Below are positions 1-8,900 of a DNA stretch of 64,000 nt, piece after piece. Within the stretch, counting starts at the first letter, position 1; each line of letters opens with the position of its first letter. Position numbers and translations under genes: made by a program. The notes under the pieces are model-generated. The model ran no database searches, was not told where the DNA came from, and was given only the letters and a program-made list of their open reading frames with translations. The stretch comes from Nitrospirota bacterium (GTDB lineage Bacteria > Nitrospirota > UBA9217), in the NCBI GenBank assembly GCA_021814615.1, contig JAKAHZ010000003.1:6615-70614 (forward strand), written 5' to 3'.

Positions 1-1
1 C

Positions 2-178
2 ATCCCCGCGGAAGACATGGCGCGTCTCTTCGAACCCTATTTTTCCCGGAAACGAAAGGGCGGGGGGCTGGGGCTTGCCATTGTCGATCGCATCATTGCG
101 GACCATCATGGAACGATCCACGCTGAACAGAACGAACCTCACGGTGCGCGGTTCGTCATTGTTCTGCCGCTTAAATAG
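2..178 (+). CDS. C-terminal fragment of a sensor histidine kinase (HATPase_c); 5' end lies outside the window
   Basis: Frame-2 translation IPAEDMARLFEPYFSRKRKGGGLGLAIVDRIIADHHGTIHAEQNEPHGARFVIVLPLK*. GGLGLAIV is the G2/ATP-lid box of HK catalytic domains. Stop TAG at 176-178. Confidence 0.8.
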   Translation: MPAEDMARLFEPYFSRKRKGGGLGLAIVDRIIADHHGTIHAEQNEPHGARFVIVLPLK

Positions 179-230
179 CGGTGGAGACGCCTGCACGCCG
201 GAGCATTGATCATAGCGCAAGGAGGAAGCA

Positions 231-602
231 TTGGACAGTTTATCGATCGCACTGTTGATTGTATTGGGTCTCTATCTCCTGTTCAAGGGAATCGGATTTC
301 TGAGCAGGCTGGGGATCAAGCAGATCTCGTCAAAGGAGCTCGATCAGCACAAAGGGGTAACGCTGCTCGATGTGCGCACGGACAAGGAGTACAAACAGGG
401 ACATATCCCGGGGGCGATCCACATCCCGCTTCACGAGGTCGGCAGCCGCGCCAAGAAGATCCGCAAGGACAAGGGGATTGTCGTGTATTGCCAGTCCGGG
501 AACCGGAGTATCTGGGCCATTAAACGGCTCATGGGAATGGGATTCACGAATTTGTACAACCTCAAGGACGGGTACCGTGGATGGAAGCACCATCATCCGT
601 GA
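231..602 (+). CDS. Membrane-anchored rhodanese-domain sulfurtransferase
   Basis: TTG start preceded by GGAGGA (221-226). N-terminal TM helix, then a rhodanese fold with active-site loop CQSGNRS. Confidence 0.85.
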   Translation: MDSLSIALLIVLGLYLLFKGIGFLSRLGIKQISSKELDQHKGVTLLDVRTDKEYKQGHIPGAIHIPLHEVGSRAKKIRKDKGIVVYCQSGNRSIWAIKRLMGMGFTNLYNLKDGYRGWKHHHP

Positions 603-1230
603 ACTGCGGCAGGACTACCGGAAGAAGCGGAAGCTGATCGAACGGCGTCTCGCGGAGTTCCGTCGGGTGTACGATCACGGCGACGAAGCGATTTTTCGGG
701 AGCTCTGCTTCTGCATTGTCACGGCGGGAAGCAGCGCGCGGATGGGATTCCGGACCATTGAACTTCTCGATGATCTGCTGCTGGATGGCACCGAACGGGA
801 GCTTCAGGAACGGGCTCGCGCAGGTCATGTGCGGTTCTGGCGCCTGCGGCCGTCCTATATCTGTCGGACACGGGAATACCTGCGGGAGACCTGCGGACTT
901 CGTCTCCGCGAGCTGTTCGATTCCTTCCGAACGGCGGAGGAACGCCGCGATTTCCTGGCGAAGAATAAGTCCATCAAGGGAGTGGGCTACAAAGAAGCCA
1001 GCCACTTCCTGCGGAACATCGGTTTTCGCGGGTATGCGATCCTGGATAAACATATCGTGAACAGCCTGCGGGAGATGGACATCATTCCCCCGCGGCTTAA
1101 ACCGACGACTCGGAGCGGCTATCTGGCCATCGAGCGGAACGTGGCCCAATTCTCGCGCGAGATAGGCATCGACATGGATCATCTGGACCTGCTGCTCTGG
1201 TCACGAAAGACCGGTGAAATCCTGAAGTGA
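577..1230 (+). CDS. ogg: 8-oxoguanine DNA glycosylase/AP lyase, archaeal-type Ogg2 (HhH-GPD)
   Basis: Motifs RELCFCIVTAGSSA, IKGVGYKEASHFLRNIGFRGYAILDKHIV and LDLLLWSRKTGEILK closely parallel M. jannaschii-type Ogg. GTG 577 is the only in-frame start near the homology and overlaps the rhodanese stop by 26 nt; the 370-576 part of the tracked ORF is rejected. Confidence 0.85.
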   Translation: MDGSTIIRELRQDYRKKRKLIERRLAEFRRVYDHGDEAIFRELCFCIVTAGSSARMGFRTIELLDDLLLDGTERELQERARAGHVRFWRLRPSYICRTREYLRETCGLRLRELFDSFRTAEERRDFLAKNKSIKGVGYKEASHFLRNIGFRGYAILDKHIVNSLREMDIIPPRLKPTTRSGYLAIERNVAQFSREIGIDMDHLDLLLWSRKTGEILK

Positions 1231-1266
1231 GGAAGAGGCCGTTCCGAGGCATGTGAAGGAGAACCC

Positions 1267-1563
1267 ATGACGGATAAGGGATTCCGGAGAACAATAATAC
1301 TGAGCGCTGTCGCCGGAGCGGTCGTTACCCTGGGAGCCGCGTTTGCCATGGACTATCTTCTGGCAGATTCGCTCCACGGCACGTGGCGTGACGCTGCGGC
1401 CAAGGACGTGACGCGGATGTTCGGACCACGCTGCGGCCAGAATCCTTTCGCCGTGGGGATTGTTCTTGTTGCGGTCATGGGTTTTCTCGCGGCCTTCGGC
1501 GCCGCCATGGGAGCCATCGGCGGAGCGATTATCAGCAGGTTCTTTCGCATGTTATTGAAGTGA
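1267..1563 (+). CDS. Small hypothetical membrane protein (2 predicted TM helices)
   Basis: ATG with GAAGGAG RBS (1254-1260). Two hydrophobic Gly/Ala-rich segments. No recognised domain. Confidence 0.5.
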   Translation: MTDKGFRRTIILSAVAGAVVTLGAAFAMDYLLADSLHGTWRDAAAKDVTRMFGPRCGQNPFAVGIVLVAVMGFLAAFGAAMGAIGGAIISRFFRMLLK

Positions 1564-1686
1564 CGGATGGTAGAACTGGTAATACGTAGCGGATTTTTCT
1601 GCAGGGAAAGCTTGAGCGGTAAGACGAAAGCGTTCATGTTGAGAGGTGCTGCATTAGTAGCAAGGAGTTTTTTTAACAAATAATAG

Positions 1687-1715
1687 TTGACAAACTAATT
1701 TATTTTAGTCATAAT
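1687..1715 (+). promoter_or_regulatory. Candidate sigma70 promoter (TTGACA-17 nt-CATAAT)
   Basis: TTGACA at 1687-1692, exactly 17-nt spacer, CATAAT at 1710-1715, inside the AT-rich region upstream of the cytochrome cluster. Confidence 0.4.
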
Positions 1716-2011
1716 GAACCATATTCTAATAATTAATTTATAATTACAAGTATTTATGCTTTTCTACCTCGTTAATCATATATATGAATAAGCTCCAGAT
1801 CTTTTGATTTTATATTGCCGTGGCGTTAGAAAATGATGCGATTTTCCGGAAGGTATGTGCCTCTAATTATCTGCGAGAACAAGTAAATATTGTAAGTGAT
1901 GTTCGTAAACCAACAGCGGTATGAGCACTATCACTCAATTTAATGATCAATAATCTTAATGATACGTAGTATTTATATATTAACTTATTGAATTATTAAA
2001 TTATTGACGCA

Positions 2012-2027
2012 TGGTATGCATATTGCA
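2012..2027 (+). promoter_or_regulatory. Candidate sigma54 (RpoN) -24/-12 promoter
   Basis: TGGTATGCATATTGCA versus consensus TGGCACG-N4-TTGCW. The GG and GC dinucleotides are separated by exactly 10 nt. Lies 81 nt upstream of ATG 2108. Confidence 0.5.
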
Positions 2028-2107
2028 AAATAATGTCAGCGAATCAACATGCGTTCGGTGATGCTGATCCGATGCTTAATGCATAACTCGTTGTAAAAGA
2101 GGGGAAA

Positions 2108-2944
2108 ATGAAGATCAACAAGGGTATGGTTGTGCTTACGTCTGTTGTGATAGCCTGTGCTCTTTTGAGCATGGTCGGTAGCGCATATGCTCTCTCAATT
2201 GTCGGGAGTAAGCACGATTTTTCCGATTCTCCGAGAAATCCTACCGATCCCGGATATACAAACTTTGCCGGCATTTTTTATACCGTAGTTAATGGTTCTC
2301 CCTTTTATATAAATGAAGTTTGTGTTTTTTGTCATACGCCCCATGGTGCATCGAAGGGAAACGCGGACGCGGAACTGAACCAATTCCTCTGGAACCGCGT
2401 GAATTCTCCCAATTACAACTCCACGTTCACTTATCAAATGTATTCCAGCTCGTCTATGTCGGCGACGCCGAATCCGACCGGCCCGACAGGCGTCAGCATG
2501 ATGTGCATGAGCTGTCACGATGGCATCACGTCAATCGCTGCAAATTACAACAACGATTCCCTGAAACCCACGCTCATGAACGCCCCCGGATCCGGTAATC
2601 CGGTCGTTGCGGTCGATCCCATGCTCGGAACGCCTCCGGGCGCAATTTACAATGCTTACGCTGGCGGTATTACCGGATGGGGGCCGAACATCGGCGATGC
2701 TACTCCGACGATCAATCCGAAGGTGATCAACCTGTCGAACGATCACCCGATTTCCTTTGAATGGCCGAACGGGATGACAACCGAACTGCAGCTCCCGACG
2801 GACCCCAGATTGCGCCTTTTCGGCACGTCGAAGAAGCGGGTGGAATGCGCCACCTGTCACAATGTGCATGATCCGGCGATTCCGCCGTTCCTGGCAATGG
2901 ACAACAGCTACAGTCTTATGTGCAGACAGTGCCATATTAAATAA
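2108..2944 (+). CDS. Secreted tetrahaem cytochrome c (doubled-CXXCH type)
   Basis: Signal peptide, four CXXCH motifs (CVFCH, CMSCH, CATCH, CRQCH) and exactly four additional His (SKHD, TPH, NDHP, NVH), compatible with bis-His ligation of four haems. RBS AGAGGGGA. Confidence 0.9.
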   Translation: MKINKGMVVLTSVVIACALLSMVGSAYALSIVGSKHDFSDSPRNPTDPGYTNFAGIFYTVVNGSPFYINEVCVFCHTPHGASKGNADAELNQFLWNRVNSPNYNSTFTYQMYSSSSMSATPNPTGPTGVSMMCMSCHDGITSIAANYNNDSLKPTLMNAPGSGNPVVAVDPMLGTPPGAIYNAYAGGITGWGPNIGDATPTINPKVINLSNDHPISFEWPNGMTTELQLPTDPRLRLFGTSKKRVECATCHNVHDPAIPPFLAMDNSYSLMCRQCHIK

Positions 2945-3025
2945 ATAATTGAAGTCTCGGTCCGAAGTTCTGGAACAAGGCTCTTCGGTGCCTGGGAAGC
3001 TGATGACGCGCTCTCGGAGGTGTGT

Positions 3026-5842
3026 ATGAAGATGTTTAAAACGTTGATCCTTGTGATGGCTATACTCGCGGTTGTGTGCAGCGCGGCGGTTGCTGCTCCC
3101 TACCGGCTGGCATCCATCACCGACAGCATCATGAATCCGGTGCGCGTTGCCGTCGACTCCCAGGGGAACATGTATGTAACGAACGACGGCAAGGTGGTCA
3201 AGTACAATAACAAGTGGCAGATGGTAAGTTCCTTTGCCGTGACCGAGCCGCTCGGTGTCGCAGTCGACGCTGCCGGAAATATTTACGTCGGTTCCGGCAC
3301 CGCGGTAAACATCTACTCTCCTGCCTTTACGCTCATCGGCACTCTTGGCGCCGGCGCGGGTGAGTTCTCCAAGGCCAGCGACATCACCGTCGGCACGGAC
3401 GGACGGATTTACGTCGCCGACACGGAAAATCATTTTATCAAGGTCTATGACGGCACGACGAGGGCGAAGATCCTGTCAATCGGCGGGTATAGCAGTGTTG
3501 TCCCGACTCCTGCCGGAAAGCTGCGGCGGCCTTTTGGCGTTGCGGTGAATGATGCCACGAACGAGGTTTACGTTGTTGATTATCCGACCATTGTCATCAA
3601 CCTGGTGAATACCGACGGCGCCCGCATCTCGGTTTTCCATAAGGACGGCGTCTTCGACCGGTCCTACGGGACCTTCGGCTCCGGCGTCGGCCAGATCGCA
3701 TCGCCGATGGATATCGCCATCGACAACAGCGGCATTCTCTATGTGACAGACTCCTATCAACAGGTTTGTCACACCCTGAGCCCGGTCGATGGAACTCCCG
3801 TGGGGGCCGGCGGTCTTTACGATCCGAACATGCATCTCTATAATCCCATGGGCGTCGCCGTCGGAAAGAACGGCCTCGCCTACATAGTATCGAACAGGAG
3901 CACCGGCGGAAACGGTCGGGTCGATATTTATGCGCTCGACGGCTTCGTAACCATGTCGACCGCGCCGTCGGCGCTTTCCTTCCAGGCAACTCAGTACAGC
4001 ACAAACCCGGCTGCCCAGGATGTGACCATTACGAACAGCGGCAGCGGAACGGTGAGCTGGACGGCATCGGCGGATCAGCCCTGGATCCTCCTGAGCAAAG
4101 CATCCGGCACGGTGCTGCCGGCCGGTCAGGCGCCGTCGACGGATGTGCTGTCCGTCGGTGCGGACATTTCGAACCTCATTCCCGGCGCGTATTCGGGTTC
4201 GGTCACCATTGATTCCGGTTTCGGCCAGAAAGATACTATTTCCGTGACGCTCTCGGTCGTTCCTGCGCCGACGCTCGTGACGAACGGCACGATGAATCTT
4301 TCGACAACAAAGGGTAACAGCCCGGCAGCGCAGCCGGTCACGATCAGCGCCACCAACGTGATCTCGCCGCTGACGTGGAGCGCCTCGCCGAATGTCGCTT
4401 GGCTTGCGATCTCGCCAGCGTCGGCGGTGATTAATCCCGCATCTCCGAGTTCCTCGGCAATGATGTCAGTGAACGCAACGGGGATGGCGGTCGGTTCGTA
4501 CAGCGGCGTGATCACCATTACCGCTCCCGGAGCGCTGACGAGCGCTAATATTACGGTGAACCTGCGGATCGATGCGTCCTCGAAGATCACGGTCACGACG
4601 AATTCAGCCGACGCCCGGTTTACGGTCAACAGCGCGGGTGCGTCGTATAGCGGCTCCGGCCTCGCCTGGAGCGTGGAGAATGCTCCTGCCGGTGACTACA
4701 CGGTAATGTTCGACGCAGTCTCCGGTTTCAAGCGGCCCGTTTCTCAGACCATGACGCTTGCCGACGGCGGACAGCTTGCCTTCTCCGGCAACTATGTGTC
4801 TTACCTCGATCTGGCTGCGAAGAAGAATATTGTCGCCGCGAAGGGGCCTGACGCATCCAATGATTCGCTGGTTCGCGTCTTCAACCGGAATAGCGGCACC
4901 TTGATCGCATTTGACCTCGTTGCGCTTGCCTCTCAGTATGGAGCAAACGTTGCTGTGGGCGATATCGACGGTGACGGATCTGCCGAGCTCGTCGTCGGCA
5001 CGGGCGGCGGCCAGGGCAACGCTGCAACGGTCCGTGTTTTCCGGACCGACAAGACGCCGGTCCTCGAATTTACACCCTTCGCGTCACAGAACGGCGTCCA
5101 GGTTGCAGTCGCTGACCTGAACGGCGACGGCAAAGCAGAAATCATCGTTGCATCGGCTGGCGGTGCCGATGTTGGAACCGTTGCCGTGTATACCTATGAC
5201 TCGGCAACCCAGGCCATGGTGCCGACGGGGATTTCCTTTGCCGGGTTCAGCAATGGCACGAATGTGGCCGTGGCGGATACTGAAGGCGACGGCAGGCCGG
5301 AGATCGTCGTGGCTCCCGGGTTCAGCAAACAGAACGCAGGCACTGTCCGCATCTGGAAGTCCGATGTCTCCGGTTCGGTGGGCAGCTGGACTGCAGTCAT
5401 GGTGAAGGAGATGACCCTGTCCGATTCCTATGGCGCGACAGTCTCCGCTGGTGATGTCGATAACGACGGGAAGGATGAGATCATCATCGGAACGGGTGGA
5501 GCTTCGGGATCTAAGGCGACGATCTCGATCATGAAAGCGGATGGTACTCAGGTCGCCAAGTTCAAGGCTTTCGACAAATACGGCGTGAACATCGCTGCGG
5601 CCGACCTTGATGGCGACGGCAGCGTCGAGATCGTTGCGGCTCAAGGTATGGATTCCGGTGAGCAGAATACCCCGGGTAATACAAAGCTGAAGGGCAAGTC
5701 GCCGGTAACCGGCGCGGCGCCGGACCGCGGTTTGGTGCGGGTGTTCAGCGCTTCGGGCGAACAGAAGTTCTCGTTCACGGCCTTCGATAATGCATCTTCG
5801 CAATTCGGCGTCAATCTGGCGGTCGGTGATCTTGGTCTGTAA
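3026..5842 (+). CDS. Secreted multidomain protein: NHL-repeat beta-propeller + 2 BACON-like Ig domains + PEGA-like domain + FG-GAP/VCBS beta-propeller
   Basis: Signal peptide MKMFKTLILVMAILAVVCSAAVA. NHL-type repeats (GVAVDAAGNIYV, DITVGTDGRIYVAD, GVAVNDATNEVYVVD, DIAIDNSGILYVTD, GVAVGKNGLAYIV). SWTASADQPWILLS and LTWSASPNVAWLAIS blocks. FG-GAP blades GDIDGDGSAELVVG, ADLNGDGKAEIIV, ADTEGDGRPEIVV, GDVDNDGKDEIIIG, ADLDGDGSVEIVA. GGAGG RBS 8 nt before ATG 3026. Confidence 0.9.
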   Translation: MKMFKTLILVMAILAVVCSAAVAAPYRLASITDSIMNPVRVAVDSQGNMYVTNDGKVVKYNNKWQMVSSFAVTEPLGVAVDAAGNIYVGSGTAVNIYSPAFTLIGTLGAGAGEFSKASDITVGTDGRIYVADTENHFIKVYDGTTRAKILSIGGYSSVVPTPAGKLRRPFGVAVNDATNEVYVVDYPTIVINLVNTDGARISVFHKDGVFDRSYGTFGSGVGQIASPMDIAIDNSGILYVTDSYQQVCHTLSPVDGTPVGAGGLYDPNMHLYNPMGVAVGKNGLAYIVSNRSTGGNGRVDIYALDGFVTMSTAPSALSFQATQYSTNPAAQDVTITNSGSGTVSWTASADQPWILLSKASGTVLPAGQAPSTDVLSVGADISNLIPGAYSGSVTIDSGFGQKDTISVTLSVVPAPTLVTNGTMNLSTTKGNSPAAQPVTISATNVISPLTWSASPNVAWLAISPASAVINPASPSSSAMMSVNATGMAVGSYSGVITITAPGALTSANITVNLRIDASSKITVTTNSADARFTVNSAGASYSGSGLAWSVENAPAGDYTVMFDAVSGFKRPVSQTMTLADGGQLAFSGNYVSYLDLAAKKNIVAAKGPDASNDSLVRVFNRNSGTLIAFDLVALASQYGANVAVGDIDGDGSAELVVGTGGGQGNAATVRVFRTDKTPVLEFTPFASQNGVQVAVADLNGDGKAEIIVASAGGADVGTVAVYTYDSATQAMVPTGISFAGFSNGTNVAVADTEGDGRPEIVVAPGFSKQNAGTVRIWKSDVSGSVGSWTAVMVKEMTLSDSYGATVSAGDVDNDGKDEIIIGTGGASGSKATISIMKADGTQVAKFKAFDKYGVNIAAADLDGDGSVEIVAAQGMDSGEQNTPGNTKLKGKSPVTGAAPDRGLVRVFSASGEQKFSFTAFDNASSQFGVNLAVGDLGL

Positions 5843-5906
5843 TCAGGAGCAACGGGGAGTGCAATACAAGAGGATCCGTATAATGCAGGCGGAAGGAGCA
5901 GTGATT

Positions 5907-8900
5907 ATGAAGAGATCTACTAAGTTCATGATTTCCGGATTGATTGCCTTGATCGGTATGCTGATTGCCGCGCAGGGCGCATATGCCGTTCTCGATCCGC
6001 CGCATAACGGCTATGATACTCGCTTCTACACCGTGGCATGTTCGCGGTGTCATTATGACACGACGACATCCAGCACCCCGTCCTGGATGACTGCGCCGAC
6101 TGATACGGATCATACGCTCCTGAACAATCTGTGCACGGACTGCCACTCGGTTAGCAAGCTTTCGGGTGTCAAGTACGACGATATCAACACCCATTCCAGC
6201 GGGAACACCTCGAATACCTACGGCGACTGGTCAATTGAATGCCGTGTCTGTCACAATCCCCATGCCCAGGTGCAAACAACAGGCGCCACGGCAAATGCCG
6301 ATCCGACGGATAATGTCGTCTCCGGGCTCGTGTCCGCCGTTGCTTCGTCAGTAGGTTTCACCACATCTGCCATTACGGTGAGCGGCGTTTCCCTGACGTT
6401 GGATTACACGAATTATGCCTTGATCCCGAACACGCTGTATCCGACACGTATTTATCGTATCGCTTCGAACACGACCGGCCAAATCACGGTGTACGGGCTG
6501 ATCAACAGGAATTACGCCGGAGCGGGCAAAACCTTTGCAATTCGGTACGGCAAACTCGTTAATGATACCATCACAACGCCGAACTATGGTGGAGTGTTTC
6601 CCGTCAAGTTCTATGCGCCGGTCGGACCGAACTCCTTCGGTACGAGCACGAATCCCGCGAACGTTACCGGCGTCTGCCAGGTCTGTCATACGCAGACCCA
6701 GTCCTTCAACCGGACTGGGACAGTCGGCGCAATCCAGGAAGGTGTCGGTCATCCTGGTAATGTGGCAGGCGTGCAGAATTGCACAGAATGCCATACCCAC
6801 AAGTCGGGATTCAAAGGTGGTGGTTGTACCTCCTGCCACGGCAACCCGCCGGTGGATCAGACAACGCTCGTGTACGGATCAGCGAACGGCAACAATCCCG
6901 CTCTTCAGACGGGATCGCAGACCGCTGGCGCACACCAGACCCATGTGAGCAGTCTAGCCTATGGTTGCACGACGTGCCACACCGGTGGTATGCCGGTTTC
7001 CGCCATTGATACTTCCAAACAGCTTCAGATGGGTTTCTCCGGCGGCGGCATGTACTACGGCAGACCTACGCTCTCGAACGGCTATACCTATCAGGCCGGA
7101 AACGTGACCACCGTAATCTCTACCACCGGTCCGGCAATGAGCTGTACCACGGTTTATTGCCATAGCAACGTGCAGAATCCGGCAACGGGCTCCGGCGGGC
7201 CGAGTTCCTACGGCAATCCGCAGTGGAGCGGAGCGGTGGTCTGCGGCGACTGCCACAAGGCTGGCACTGCCATGGACACCGGCAGCCACGCACAGCATGT
7301 GGGCACTGCCGGCTACTCGATGCCCTGCTCCAACTGCCACCTGAACGCGGGTGACGGAACCCCGATTCACGTCAACAATGTTATCAATGTGAACTTCGAT
7401 GCTGCAGTCGCGGGCAGCGGCGCGTACAACGGTTCGAACAGCAGCCCGAACAATCATGCTCCCGGTCAGGGTTACGGCAACTGCTCTTCGGTCTATTGCC
7501 ATGGCAACTTCACCGGCGGCGCCGCAGCAACGCCCACGTGGGGGAATGCCGCAACCGGCGATTGCGGAACCTGCCACGGCGCTTCTTCGGCAACTCCGCC
7601 GACAGGCGGATCGCACGGCCTCCATGCAGGCGGGAATTATGCTTTCGGCTGCCAACTCTGCCACTATTCCGTGATTACGACGGGCACGACTATCGCCAAT
7701 AAGACGCTGCATGCCGATCACAGCACGAACTGGCAGTTCAGCACTGCTGATCCTCGAACCAACGGCGCTCAGTACAACGGCGCCACATCGGGTGCGAACG
7801 CCAGTGTGGGAACGAACTACGGCGGATGCACCAATCTCTACTGCCACAGCCAGGGGCAGTCGACGACCGCGTCGGCTGATGCGCCGAATTCGCCTCCCAC
7901 CTGGGGTGTAGCGCTTCCGTCGGATTGCACGGGTTGTCACGATGCTGACAAGAACGCTGCGAGCAAGATGCACACCGGTTCGCATACCGCCCACGTATCG
8001 AGCAGCAACCACACCTGTAATCTCTGTCATAGTACGACGGTCGCTACTGCTTCGATGTCGATCTCGACCGCCGCGAACCATGCAAACCGGAAGGTCAACA
8101 TCGCCTTCACATCGCTGAACACGGGTGGACTGGTCGGTGGCTTGACCTCGACGGCAAAGGATCCGGGTACAGCGCCGGTTTCCTGCACAAATCTCTACTG
8201 CCACGGCGGCGGTAGCCCGACATGGAGCACGGGCAACGGTTCACTTTCTTGCGGCAGTTGCCACAAGGCAAGCAGCACGCTCGCCGGCAAGCACAGTATT
8301 CACTATGGCGTGACCACTACAGCGACAAACGCAGAAAAAACGGCTGCGAATAACTCGACAACGACCGCCTATGTGTTCACGTGCGGCGTTTGCCATGACT
8401 CCACGCAGACCACTCATGCCGGCGGAGCGGTCAGCACCTGGCAGGCCGCTGAGGTCAAATTCGATGCAACCGTGGCCGGTGGCGGCAATCCTTACACGGG
8501 CCGCACGGTGACTGCGGGTGTTGACAGCAACTTCAACTGGACCGGCGGCCAGCCGGGGACTTGCGGGACCACATATTGCCATAGCGCGGGTACTGCTTCT
8601 TCGGCGCCCTACAGCCCACCGTTCTATACCAGCTTCACGTGGACAGGGCCGACCTTCGATTGCGGCAGTTGCCATGGCGGCGCTCCCGGCGCGAGCAGCG
8701 TAATCGCGTCGAATGTGCACGGCGGTCATATCAACGATACGGCGAACCGCGTGGGACGAAACGTCTCCTGCACAGAATGTCACAATGCTACGGCATCGAG
8801 CACGACCGTAGTCGGCACGAAATCAAACCATGTGAACCATCTCGTCAATATCAAGTTCAACAATGCCGGCGGCATCAACCTGGACAGCGACGCACCTGCT

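Noticed and set aside
370-576. 5' part of the 286-aa ORF overlapping the rhodanese gene
   Set aside because: It is an Arg/Ser-rich out-of-frame read of the rhodanese gene. Ogg2 homology starts only at about 577.
2028-2107. GEMM-type cyclic-dinucleotide riboswitch in the cytochrome 5' leader, as is known for Geobacter EET genes
   Set aside because: I could not find the paired P1/P2 hairpins with a GNRA tetraloop and receptor. The leader is short and AT-rich. An Infernal scan would settle it.
5790-5906. Upstream extension of the giant cytochrome ORF, overlapping the end of the NHL/FG-GAP gene
   Set aside because: The ATG at 5907 has a GGAAGGAG RBS and is followed immediately by a canonical signal peptide. 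The extension has neither.
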